Assembly: GCF_009834535.1 (NCBI RefSeq)
Contig: NC_045696.1
Span: forward strand, 119,476,001 to 119,540,000
Source: Camelus ferus
Taxonomy: Eukaryota
Direction: 5' to 3'
Length of the DNA stretch: 64,000 nucleotides
In this document: positions 23,746-34,959 of the stretch, one piece after another
Layout of the letters: the number at the start of each line of letters is the position of its first letter
How positions within the stretch are numbered: position 1 is the stretch's first letter
Position numbers and translations under genes: made by a program
Notes under the pieces: model-generated
Told to the model about the DNA's origin: nothing
The model's database searches: none
What the model saw: the letters and a program-made list of their open reading frames with translations, nothing else

Positions 23746-25229
23746 ACAGTAGGAATTCAATAAATGTATAAATAATAAAACTCTTTTATTAAGAAATGGA
23801 AAATAGAAATGGGTTAGCTAAGGTGGAGAGATAATTGGCCTGAGTCCATGATGAAAGTACTTTCCAGAAAGCGCTGGTGACGTCTGCTCCTCCTCTCAGT
23901 GCTTTCAGTGTCATTTCCTTCTGGAAGCGTCAAGCCCACTTAGCTGTGCGAGGGAGAAGGGGCCCCGCAGAGTGACCCGCATGTGTCAGTCTCCCCCCTG
24001 AGCCCACCGAGCGTGAAGGGCCTCCCGCCGAGCACAGACTCGGGCGGCTTTGTGTCCAGACAAGGGCGCTGGCCCCTGTCTGACCTCGCACACTGTGTCC
24101 AGTGACACGGATAGACCATCTCCAGTGGCTCAGCCATCTTCCTGCCCAGCAAGACCTGCAAAGACGTGTGACTGCACCACAGACCCTAAGGGCTCAATCA
24201 GGGAAGCCCTCCGTCCTTCTGAAAGTCATGTGACAAGACCCATGGAGAGGGCGCGGCCCACACCGAAATCACAAATCCGTATGTTACCGGACAGCAGCTG
24301 TGGTTCTAAATACACCTCACCATCTCTGTGAGCTGCAGCACGCAGGCTTCTCTTCAAGCACCATGACCACACACCTGTGGGCTTGCTCTTGGGATGAAGG
24401 AGGACCAGTGTCCCCAGCGATGGTCCTCAGGGCAGGGAGGCCTGCTCCCTCCGCTTCCTCCCTGACCACCGGAAGGGCAGAGAAGGCCAGCCGCACTGGC
24501 CGTCTATGCCTCTTTTCTGTCACTGCCCCTCCTTCTTTGGGTCTTGCCTTCCCATTTTCTAAGAACCATGCCACCTGGTAAAAATCCTGCTGCTGTGAAG
24601 CCAAACTCATGATCTGAATGGTCTGGGGAACTCCGTACGGGATTAGGAGCGTTCATGGAGTCAACCCCGGGTGATGGACCCCGACTCTCCAAAGGCAAAT
24701 TTAGAGCTGGGTATTGTGTCTGAGTGACTAAAGGGGCCCAGGCTAATTATAGGTAGGTGGCCATCTTTCCTGTTTCTAGCAACCAGGGAGATGCTCTGCT
24801 CACAATTTCCAGATTTGTGTTTGAGTCCCTTCGATCCCTGCAGTGTCCCTTTATCTTTCCGGGGCCAGGTCAAGTTCACCAGCCCCTGCTCATCAGCCCT
24901 GAAGAGGACACTTCATCTGAACTTGCCCTCAGCACACCCATCTGCTCCGGCAGGTGATGTCGGCACAACACCTTGCAGTAAGCAAGATGTTCCCAAAGGG
25001 TCCAGCTGAGACGTGCAAGGCTTTCTCACCAGCCCCCCTTAAAATGACGGTGGACTGCTTTAGAACCTAGAAGTCTCCATCTCCTCTAAAATGTCTATGC
25101 TGTCACTTATGTTTTTATTGCTTTATATCCTCTCTTAACTTCCATTAATATCTAAATATCCCTGCGTATGTTTTTTTTCTATAAAGCCATCATTAACTCC
25201 TTGAGGGCAGAAACCATTAATTCTACAGC

Positions 25230-25660
25230 GTGGGGGACCCTACAGCTAGTCCCTGCTTCTCCCTTGCCAACTGAACTCCAGTTTTGTTCAGGAGCCAATG
25301 TGTCCAATTTTGGACCCTTAGACCTGCAGGTAAGTGTGTTGTGAGGGCTTCTGGGAAAGCTTTTTCCTTCGATAAAAAGGCAGACGTAGCATTGTTGGTT
25401 GCCTTTTCTGCTTTGTGTTTGAATTGTTCTGTTCTGCTTTGAATAGAGACGTGATGACTGGTGCTGAAACAACGGCCTTGTAACTATGAGGAAAAGTCTA
25501 AAAGAATTCCACAGATGCTGGTCCTGCCAATATTGAATCCATGAACCCACCGAGTGATTGCCTACCTCCAAGCTTCTTGTAATGGGGAAAAAAATAAATA
25601 AACCCTTATTGATTGAAGCCACTATAGATGGGTTTTCTGTTACTTCACAGCCATGCTTGC
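25230..25660 (+). mobile_element. MLT1 (J/K-like) LTR
   Basis: GGGCTTCTGGGAAAGCTTTTTCCTTC; CTACCTCCAAGCTTCTTGT...AATAAACCCTTATTG...GGGTTTTCTGTTACTT. Confidence 0.75.
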
Positions 25661-25967
25661 AAGAAGAAAGGGTAGGAATCAAAGGAGCACAACCTCCAGT
25701 TCACTATGTCCAATTTCTGTTTCCCGAATCTCACACAAGTACATCCGCTGGACCAAATGAGTGTCTCATATGAAACCGGAACCGTAGTGGGTATCTGGGA
25801 AAGAAGGAAATGTCTTTGGCTTTCTACTCTTGGCTTGCACCACACAAAAGGGTTGGAATGGAGTTGAGTGAGCCAGTTTGCAGTACCCGCCATCCCTGCA
25901 ATGACAAGTAGGGAAGCGGGTGGGGGGGATGGGCATGGCCCCGGGCAGCATCCTTAAGTGATGTCTT

Positions 25968-26385
25968 TGCATTGGTTAAAGTAACACACTAGCTGCTGGA
26001 ACAGACAAGCTCTCAAATCTCACACAATATAGCACAATAGAAGTGTATCACTTAATCCTGTAAAGTCCACAATGGGTTTTGGTAATTATGGAAGGAGAAT
26101 GCCTTGTGCTATATCATCATTCTGAGCCCCAGGCTGACTTATTCAACTGGGAGATGGGAGAAAAAAGAAAGTGAAGAGGGCACATGCATTTCTCAAAAGC
26201 CTTGACCTAGAAGAGACATGTATCACTTCCACTCATATTCCATTGATGAGAATTCGCCATGTAACTCCCACCTTGCAAGATACAAGGCATGTGGTCCCTG
26301 GCTTGGCAGCCACTTCCTAGGAACAACTCTGCTCTACAGAGGGAGAGAACAAATCCCTAGTGGCCAGCTAGTTGTCTGTCACCAT
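25968..26385 (-). mobile_element. MLT1 (K/L-like) LTR
   Basis: CTAGCTGCTGGAACAGACAAGCTCTCAAATCTC; TCACTTCCACTCATATTCCATTG; GTGGTCCCTGGCTTGGCAGCCACTTCC. Confidence 0.7.
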
Positions 26386-26647
26386 CTAAACATGGTAGAG
26401 TCACTACGGATGGTTTCATCCTGAAGACAGTTCATCAGTAATTCCTCATAGATGAATCAATGAATTAATGAATATTTGCATCTCAACTGAGATATTAAAT
26501 TCAAAGCAATTTTAAAAATCTTTTTAATGTCAATGTCTGTAAGAATAATTTTTTCCTAAGAATTATTTTAAATTGTTAAGTCTTTTGAAGAAAGGGAAAC
26601 GTATTAATAACCTTGAATATATCTTTTAAAATTCAATTTATGCCATG

Positions 26648-26895
26648 GAGATCCTTAATCTTGAGAGTCTGTGGATAGAATTCGGAAAGTTTGTAACGTT
26701 GGATGTGAAAAAAAAGTGCATTTTTAGTTTTACTAACCTGTAACTGAAATTTCACATTTCCTTCAATTCCGGATCTAAGGAACACGCCATAGGCATGTTA
26801 GCAGCATCTGTGACCACCACTAAGTGAAATTATGTAACTGTAATATGGCATATTCTTATGCTATATTATAGATATCTTGAAATACTGCTTTCAAA
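26648..26895. mobile_element. hAT-Charlie non-autonomous element (MER113-like), partial
   Basis: CTTAATCTTGAGAGTCTGTGGATAGAATTC...TTTTACTAACCTGTAACTGAAATTTCACATTTCCTTCAATT. Confidence 0.6.
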
Positions 26896-26910
26896 CAGCT
26901 TTCCATCATT

Positions 26911-27055
26911 CTTTGTTTTTTTTTTTAAATTGAAGTACAGTCGGTTTACAATGTTGTGTTAGTTTCTGGCGTAGAGCAAACTCATTGAGTTGTACATACA
27001 CATATTCCTTTTCATATTCTTTTTCATTATAAGCTATTACAAAGTATTGAATATA
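26911..27055 (-). mobile_element. L1 3'-end fragment
   Basis: T-tract plus AATTGAAGTACAGTCGGTTTACAATGTTGTGTTAGTTTCTGG. Confidence 0.88.
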
Positions 27056-27581
27056 GGTTCTACACCTCCTCTGTTAATTTCATTGTCTTTTGCCCCTCCC
27101 CCAAGTCTAGCCCTTTTCTTCCAGTTTTTGGGGCCCTAGGTTGCCCTGGTCTCTGCTCAGAGGCTGCCGGGAGACCCACCATAATGCATTCGGAACTCAC
27201 TAGGATCTGGAGCGGGCAGCGCCCTGGAGGGCTGGGATGCAGGGAGACTTCCTGGTATCAGATTCCTCCCTCTCACATCAAATCACGCCACGCCTGGACT
27301 TTGTGGATACTCTTCCAGATGACCTGAGAGCACGAAAGCTGCCGTTCCCTTTCAGCTTTCTCTGCAGCACCCCCCACCCCTCCAGGCAAGCCCAGGGTTT
27401 TTCTGCCTGATCAGACAAGCCTTCCCAATGAGGAGCAGAAGGGTTGCTTTCTTCCTGGGCAAACATTCATGGCTTCTTGCGCGGTTCCAGGAGATGCTAA
27501 TAAGTGCTATGAGTTGGAACCTGATTTGCATATCTGATGGATTATATGTGGTTTGTAGCTAATGGGGATCAAAGCTGGCAC

Positions 27582-27760
27582 GAGAGGAGGGTATAGCTCA
27601 ACTGGTAGAGCACATGCTTAGCATACACAAGGCCCTGTACAAACCTTGAATGTATCTTTTAAAATTCAATTTATGGGTTCAAACCCCAGTACCTCCTCTA
27701 TTAATAAATAAGTAAACCTAATTACCTCTCACCCCCAAAAAACTTTAAAAAGAAATTTAA
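27582..27760 (+). mobile_element. Camelid tRNA-Ala-derived SINE with a ~38-nt internal insertion
   Basis: GGAGGGTATAGCTCAACTGGTAGAGCACATGCTTAGCATAC head. TSD AAAGCTGGCAC (27571-81 / 27761-71). Confidence 0.93.
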
Positions 27761-28509
27761 AAAGCTGGCACAGATAACCCCTGCAGGGTCTGGATTGCCC
27801 TAGTCTGCTCCTCCATGCTTGGTGAAAATGGGTTTATCATACTTTGGCCGGGACGCCCCTGGAAATGGAATTGACACACTTCCCGCGTCTCCCTCCCGTA
27901 GGACACAAAGGAAGCCCTTCCCTGTGCCTGCTTGGGAGGACGGATGTGTGATGCAGGGTGCTGAGTGATTTAGTCCATGGTGGGAGATTGTTGCTGACAC
28001 CCCTGCCCCCGAGCCACACAATCACAAGCTCGCTGGCATTAGAATTCCGAAGAGGTTTTTTTGGTTTTGTTCAGGGATTTTTTTTTTCTTCGAATCATAG
28101 CCTTTAAGTGCTCTTTGTGTTTATAATTAGCCATACGCCCTGGGATGGCATCACTGTGCAGGCGCTGGTCCTCTTGCTTGCCCGAGTGCTGTTAATTAGC
28201 CCTGCAAAGAGCAGCAAGCCTGATTGGCAGCAGCTTTTGCAAAAGGCTCCCAGCCCTCTAGGCAACAAAGAAAACCATCTTAGCAACTCGGCATTCTAGC
28301 TGACATCCGGAGGTTCTGCCTTTTCACTCTGCCACCGCGGAGGACTTCATGGATGCAATTTATTTATTTTGAAACGTTAGCACTAGCATTTTGGTAGAAC
28401 TTTCTAAGTCTCGCGGTTGAGAAATAATGGCGTGTTTGAGATTCGTCCCAACTCTAAGAAGGGATAGAATCGGGGAAGGACAATTCATTTTTAGATTTAC
28501 AACAGGGTT

Positions 28510-29090
28510 AAGAGTTTGGGAAACCGTTTGGCAGCAACACCAGAGCTAAGCAAAGACACACCGTCTGGCTCAGCGATTCCACTCACAGGTAATTCCCACA
28601 GCAGCCCGGTGTATGTTTCCTCCCTGGCTGCACCATCTTAATATCCTCAAACTGGAAGCTACCCAAATGCCAAACAACATCATGATTTTTTAAATTGGTG
28701 GTGAATTCACACAAGGGAACACTATACCGCAGTGAGAATACATACTACAATTACACACAAAGGTACAGATGAATCTCAGAAATGTGAAGCTGAGTGAGAG
28801 AAGAGATACACAAAAGAGACTATGCTGTATCATTCTGTTTACATCTATAAAGAATAAAAACAAAACAAAGCTAACCTTGGTTATTAGTACAAAGAGTGGA
28901 GAACTTTGGGGGACAAGGAACATTGGTGACTAGGAGGGTTTCCTGGGTGTTGGAAATGTCCTGTTCCTTGATCTGTAGGTGGGTCAGCAGAGAGTGTTTG
29001 GTGCATGAAAATGTATTGAGTTGTAAATGTGTGTGCGTATTTTTCTGCATGTATATTGTACTCCAATAAATAATAAGATTTTTTTAAAAT
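28510..29090 (+). mobile_element. Old L1M (ME/MD-like) 3' end
   Basis: CAAACTGGAAGCTACCCAAATGCC; GATGAATCTCAGAAATGTGAAGCTGAGTGAGAG; GTATATTGTACTCCAATAAA. Confidence 0.8.
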
Positions 29091-30010
29091 GGGGCTAGGT
29101 TGAGGGTTACTTCTCAGTAAAAAGGTTCATGGAGTAGTAATTGGAGTAGATGAGGTTGGTTTTGCCTCTCTGATCGGCCGAACCAGGCCTGGGATGTGGG
29201 ATCCTTGAGACTAAGTTTGAGGACAGGGTCCCTGGGCCGTGGACTGTGGCCCTGAAAGCCGGGTCTGTCATCCCAGCTTCATCTCAGGGAAGAGCTTGTA
29301 TGAGAACCAGGGAGATGATCTGAAGAACTGTAACTATGGAGGGAAAGTCAGGGATGGGAGCCAATGGGATGTGACTGAGCAGGATTTACCAAATCCATCC
29401 CCAGGCACTCAAACCACAGTGGCGCTCATCTGCTTTGCTCATCAAAAAACTTGTCCACTAAAGTAGGGTCCATGATACCGTAAAACAATTTTGGGAGAAG
29501 CCCTGCAGGGGTAAATATCCAGCTACCTTCCCAGGCTGCCCACCAAGGGGCAAACTAAATTCCTTTTAATGTGAACTGCTCAGCAAGAAATATTTTGTCC
29601 ACATTTCAACCCGTAGCCAGAGTAGCCTTCAAATCTGTCTGTCACACTGGCTATATATACACTCATATCAGGGAGGCTCGGAGATTTAGAGGCACAATGC
29701 TCCAGGAGGCCGGGTAGGGGCAGGCACTGTGAGACGTCAGGGAGAGATGGGCAGAGGGACCTCAGAGGAGTGTCGTGGCATCTCCTGCCACGCGCTGACC
29801 CTGCAGCTGCCTGGGGCTGGTAGCACCATGACATTGGAGGCTGGAGGTCTGAGGGCATGGGGAGAAGGCAGCAAGAGGGGGCAGGACTCATGCCAGGATC
29901 ATAGACTCTAATCAGAAAGGACAAGAAAGCCCTTTGACCCCACAGCAACTTGACCCTCAGAGATGACAAGTTCTGGGATGAAAAGGAAATGTGAGAGGTC
30001 GATCTTACAG

Positions 30011-30215
30011 TAGGGTTGCTGGATTTCATAAATTAAAATACAGAATTCCCAGTTAAATTTAAATTTCGGGGAAAAAATTTTAATTTTTAGTATAAGTATA
30101 TTCCAGGTGTTGCCTGGGATATACTTATACTAAAAAAAAATTTTTTTTTTTTTCCCGTTGCCTATCTGAAATTCTAATGTAACTCAATGTCCTGCATTTT
30201 ATCCTATAACCTTTC
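30011..30215. mobile_element. MER53 palindromic hAT MITE
   Basis: TAGGGTTGCTGGATTT...CCCAGTTAAATTT...TTTTTAGTATAAGTATATTCCAGG-loop-CCTGGGATATACTTATACTAAAAA...GTCCTGCATTTTATC. Confidence 0.9.
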
Positions 30216-31127
30216 CTTGTAGGTCTCCGGCTCACCAGTTTCTCCCCTGGTGTCCCACCCCACCCCTGTCCCTGGTGTTTTCTTTCCCTTTTCCTCCTCT
30301 TCTGGCCCTCCTTCCTCTCATTTTTCCCCATCAATATAAGAGAGGATCTGAGTTCCCAAACAACCGAAGCTCATTCAATACTGATATATTCTTTTGCCGC
30401 CATTTGCATGTTTCCTTCTTTGTGGTTGTCCAATGTTTAAAGAATTTATTCCCTGCTAAAATTACCCCAAGCAATATATAACTGAGGAGGAGAAATAGAA
30501 GGACAACTTCTTTATTCATTCAAGCAAACCCTTCTGGAGAGTGTGAGCTGTTTTGTACCAGGCCCCCTGCTTGGTCAGCTCCTCCTGGGAAAAATCCAGA
30601 CTCTAGCTCCAATTGTTGCCACGGCTGCTCAGCTGCCTTCGTCTGGGGAGCAGGGAGAAATGGAAAACACTGGGAAGTAGAGGCCAAGACAAAGCACTCT
30701 GCTGCTGCAGGGTGAGATGCCGGATCGCCACGACTGTGTGTACGTGAGTGTCAGAGTTTGCCTGCAGGGTGATAATTAAGTGGTAGGTGGTATCAAGGAA
30801 AATGATCACCATGGAGGCTGTGATAGATCCAGGCGACCTAAACAGATGAGGAGAGGAAAGTGAAGCAGGCTTGGCTGTGTTCAAGTCACACTAATTACAG
30901 TCATCTCGGTGAGCCTTCCACCATGGATGCCTAATTACCATACAGAGCCGTAATACTTATGTGTATCATTATATATGCCTTAAATTAACTTTGTTATAAA
31001 GTGTAATTTGATTAGAACAGGAGGCTCAACATGTGTTGATTTGAGCCTTCATAGTGTGTTATACTCCTACAGAGTGGATATCTGCTACTTTGAGAAATTC
31101 AGTGTAGCTATGGGCTGAGCCAAGGTG

Positions 31128-32048
31128 AGAAGGCAGCCTCTGGAATGGCTCCCAATGACCTCCCACTTCCCGGCATTCATGCCTTTTGTAATCTGCCCCT
31201 CCAGTGTAGACTGAGCCTGGTGACTTGCTTCTGACAGACTATAACAAAAGTGATGGGCTGTCACTTCTGAGATTGGGTGTAAAATGTCTGTGACTTCTGT
31301 CCTTCATGCTGTCTCTCATTCTCTCTTGCTCTGGGAAAGGCCAGCTGCTATGCTGTGAACTGTCCTATGGCAGGGACCTCGGCAAGGCTTCTGGCCAACA
31401 GCCAGTGAGAAACTGGTAGCACCATGACATTGGAGGCTGGAGGTAGACTTGCCAACTACCCAGGAGTGAGCTTGCAAAAAGATCCACCCCTAGTGGAGCC
31501 TTGAGATGGTGGACACCAGGCAGACACCTTCATGCATCCTTGTGAGATGTTCTGAACCAAAGGCATCCTGGAAAAAAAAAAATACAAATTTTATTTACAA
31601 TCCAGAAGTAGACTCACAGACATAGAAAATAAACTGTGGTTACCAGGGGGGAAAGGGTGAGAGAGGGATAGATTAGGAGTTTGGGGTTAACAGATACACG
31701 TTACTATATATAAAATAGATAAACAACAAGGACCTGCTGTATAGCACAGGAAACTATATTCAATTTCTTGTAATGAGCCATAATGGAAAAGACACTGAAA
31801 ATATATATATGTATGTATGTCTATGTATAACTGAATCACTTTGCTGTCCACCTGAAACTAACATTGTAAATCGACTACACTTCAATTAAAAAAAAAAGAA
31901 TTAAAAAAATTTTAAAACAAAGACATCCTGACCCACAAAAACTGAGATAATAATTATTCTTAATACTAAGTTACTAATAATGAACGTTGGCTGTTTTGCC
32001 CTGCTCAACTGTGGGGTAACTTGTGTGCAGCAACAGATAAAAAAAATA
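31128..32048 (+). mobile_element. MLT1 (F-like) LTR split by an L1
   Basis: GGCAGCCTCTGGAATGGCTCCCAATGA; GTGATGGGCTGTCACTTCTGAGATT; CTGGCCAACAGCCAGTGAG; CCTGACCCACAAAAACTGAGATAATAA. Confidence 0.85.
31571..31917 (+). mobile_element. 5'-truncated L1 with TSD
   Basis: L1 3'UTR and A tail. TSD CAAAGGCATCCTG (31558-70) / CAAAGACATCCTG (31918-30). Confidence 0.93.
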
Positions 32049-32519
32049 CCATCACTTCCTGAGGACTGTATTCACGTGGTGGGTCACCGAGAGAGTGGCT
32101 GAAGGTCTAACTGTTGCTCTGGACATGCAGACATAGCAAGGGATGAGGGGCTATCTCGTGTGCAGTGATGGGTGGGTGGGGGCTGGGTAGGAGGAAAGAC
32201 GTGGAAACTGGCGGTTTACGGCATCAGTGTGGCCAAGCTCTCAGGCGTTCTAGCAATGCTCCTGCCTGTCACCGAACTGTTTTGAAATTCGGCTCCGTTT
32301 GCACATTGACTATCGAATCACCCGCCAGGCGCTGCGACTGTGGGCTTGTGTTTCCCTGGGATTTGAGTCCTTGACCAGATCCCAGGCCACTTCTGTCTGA
32401 GACTCCTCGAATAGGTACTCTTAAGAAGGTATGCGCGTTATCCAAGCTTCTGTCTCTTGAATCTCAAACTGCCCTGCATCCTCAGCCGTGTGACGCTGGG
32501 GCTGGGACTTGGCTGAGTG

Positions 32520-32890
32520 GACCCGGCTTTGCCAGCGGCGCCCCGCCGGGCCCTGCCGGCAGGGGGCGGCAGAGGGCGCCCGCCGGCGGCGACGGAGGCC
32601 GGGGCCCGCTTCTCGCCTCCTCCCCGCGCCTCCTCGCCCCGCGCGGCCGCCGTGACTGGCCCCGGCTGCAGCAGCTCCCGTGGCGGCGGCTGGCCCGCTT
32701 GGCAGTCTCTCCCGCCCTTGCAGGCCAGCTTCGGGCGCCCCGCCGGGCGGCCCCACGCCTCAGAGGTTGGCGTCTCTCGTCCCAGCACCCTCCGCCGAGT
32801 AAGTCTGTCTGAGCCAGTCCGGTCTCCCTTTATCCCCCCAGCCCAGGAGCGGCGGCTCTGCCCGAAGGTGCGCCCCCCGGGGTACATCAC
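32520..32890 (+). promoter_or_regulatory. CpG island; probable promoter and first exon (gene unidentified)
   Basis: The most CpG-dense non-repeat stretch in the window, with GC boxes and overlapping CTCF-like motifs CCGGCAGGGGGCGG / CGGCAGAGGGCGCC (32554-81). Consensus donor CGA|GTAAGT at 32798/32799. Confidence 0.7.
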
Positions 32891-34959
32891 AGAGTTCTGC
32901 TCTGCCTTTTCAGTGATCATTCTCTTCCAGCTTCTCGTTATGAAAACAAAGCGGTGTGGTTTCTGTCTCCTGATGGTACCCTGGCTGATGCAGGGGTCCC
33001 CCCCTCCACTCCTGGCCTCTGGCTTCCCATCTTACCCTTCCAAAGAGAGCGTCCCCGGGCCTGGCCCGACCTTCCAAGGGCATCCTCCTGACATGGGTGT
33101 CCCAAGGCTGCCGTGTGTCCTCACCCCAGCCCCAGCCCTGCCCTCAGGAGGGAGCCCGGGAAGTGCAGACCAGAGACACCGCCCAGCTCAGAGCCAGACG
33201 GTGACAAAGGGGGCGGGCGGAGCGGGGAGGTCTTGCAAAGAAGCCACAGCCTACCTGCCGGTGTGCGGGTGCTCAGTCTCTGGGGCCTCAGCCGGAGTCC
33301 CATGGTGACAGTGGAGCAGGGGGAGGCAAGGGGCAGCGCTGGCCACCGGTCTGGGACTCACCGGTGCGGGACTGTGGTTCACTTGCTGCTTGCAGGGTTT
33401 CTTGGCTGAAGCTGCACCTCCACACTTGGCTCTGCCCTTTTTTGCAAAGGGCCCAATGTTACAAGCCTCCAACTGACAGGTGGCCCCGAGGCCCCGGAAA
33501 GGACTGTATTTTATAATTATTTGTGTGTGAGTTAGGGGACCCATTTATAACCCAATGGCTTAGAAAGAGAGGCCAGAATGTAAACTTAAATTTAGACAGA
33601 AAACTCACGCTCTCGGGCAGTGTCTAACCACGAGGACAGAACCCACTGCACGTACCTGAACAGACGGGGATAACACGCGGCAGATTGGCCCCACAGGCGA
33701 TGCAAAGTCTAAGTGTCCAGCAGGGGTGTGGGGAGGCCACCCGGAGGGTAACGCCATGGGAAGCCACTGGCCTTCGCTGCAGGACAGAGCGAGTGGTGCT
33801 GCGGTTGGGTTCTCCGGAAACACACACTTAGGCATAGTTTGGGGGACACGGTGTTTATGAGGGGTCAGCCCCTGGCGGGAAAGGAGAATGAGGGTGGCCG
33901 AAGCAGAAGCCACCTGGTGATGCAGACCAAACAAAACCTCAGCCAGGCCTGGAGCACTACCCACCAGAGTGTCCTACAGGCAGCCCTTGTGCTGGACACT
34001 TACACCCGCCCCCTCGGTCATGGGATCCTCGAGGAGCTGCCAGCTGCATCCCTGCCATTGCGCAGCAGGTCCTTCCTTGAAGGGGACCTGAGCGTCTTGT
34101 GTCTCCCTCAGTGGTGTCACCAGAGCCTGGAGCAGGGGATCCCCTGATGAAGGCTGGAACCACCCTAGGCCTAAACAGGGGAGCTGCTAGTACCCAGGCT
34201 GCTAATGGAGGTTCTGCTCAACACAGAGGAGGAAAGAAATACCTGGCCTCGCCCTTCCTCCAGGTTAGAGTGTCTACTTAGTGGCTCCTACTGGCCAGCG
34301 CTGGTCAGGCACAGCTGCCTGGGAGCTTGAGGAACCCAGCCTGCGGGGGTCAGCACCTTGAGCAGAGCCAGGGAAAGGAAAGGACTGTGCCAACCAGCAG
34401 GCCCAGGACGTCTCGCCAGCACATTCCCTCTTCCTTTCTCTCCCAAGCAGCAAGGCTGAGAACCAGGGCCCCCTGACCGCAGCCCTCAGCCTGCAGTGTT
34501 CCTTATCCTGACAGGCCACCTTGTCTCGTTGAGGAAAACCCCTCAGGAGCAGAGGCCCCACCCCCTCAGCTGCTGGGAGGGCCGCCTCAGCGCTGACCCC
34601 TTTGGGGATGGTGATGGCTGAGAAGGGCCGCTGTGCCCAAGGCCCTGCCTCTTCCCGCGGTGGCCAGTGTCTGATGGCTGACTGAGGGGAGGCATGAAGG
34701 CCCAGCCCCTCACCCCAGTTCACCCCACTCTGAAGGGTCGTCCAGACCAGAGCTCACCAGGGTTGACGGACACCCCTCCCACCCCAAGACTGCATTGCAG
34801 CCCAGCTTTCCCCTCTGCCCAGTCCTGCCCCCTGCCCTCCCTACACGCACTCCCTCGGCCCCCTGCACCTGCTCTTCTCCCTGGGGACCGCAAGCAGTGA
34901 CATTCATGCTGAGCTCCCCCGAGATAATTTAGTTTGGATCCCTTTGGCCTGTGGGAAAT

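Noticed and set aside
32517..33308. 263-aa + strand ORF over the CpG island (and overlapping - strand ORFs)
   Set aside because: Non-ATG start and Pro/Ala/Arg/Gly low complexity expected from GC content. It reads through a consensus splice donor and has no recognisable domain.
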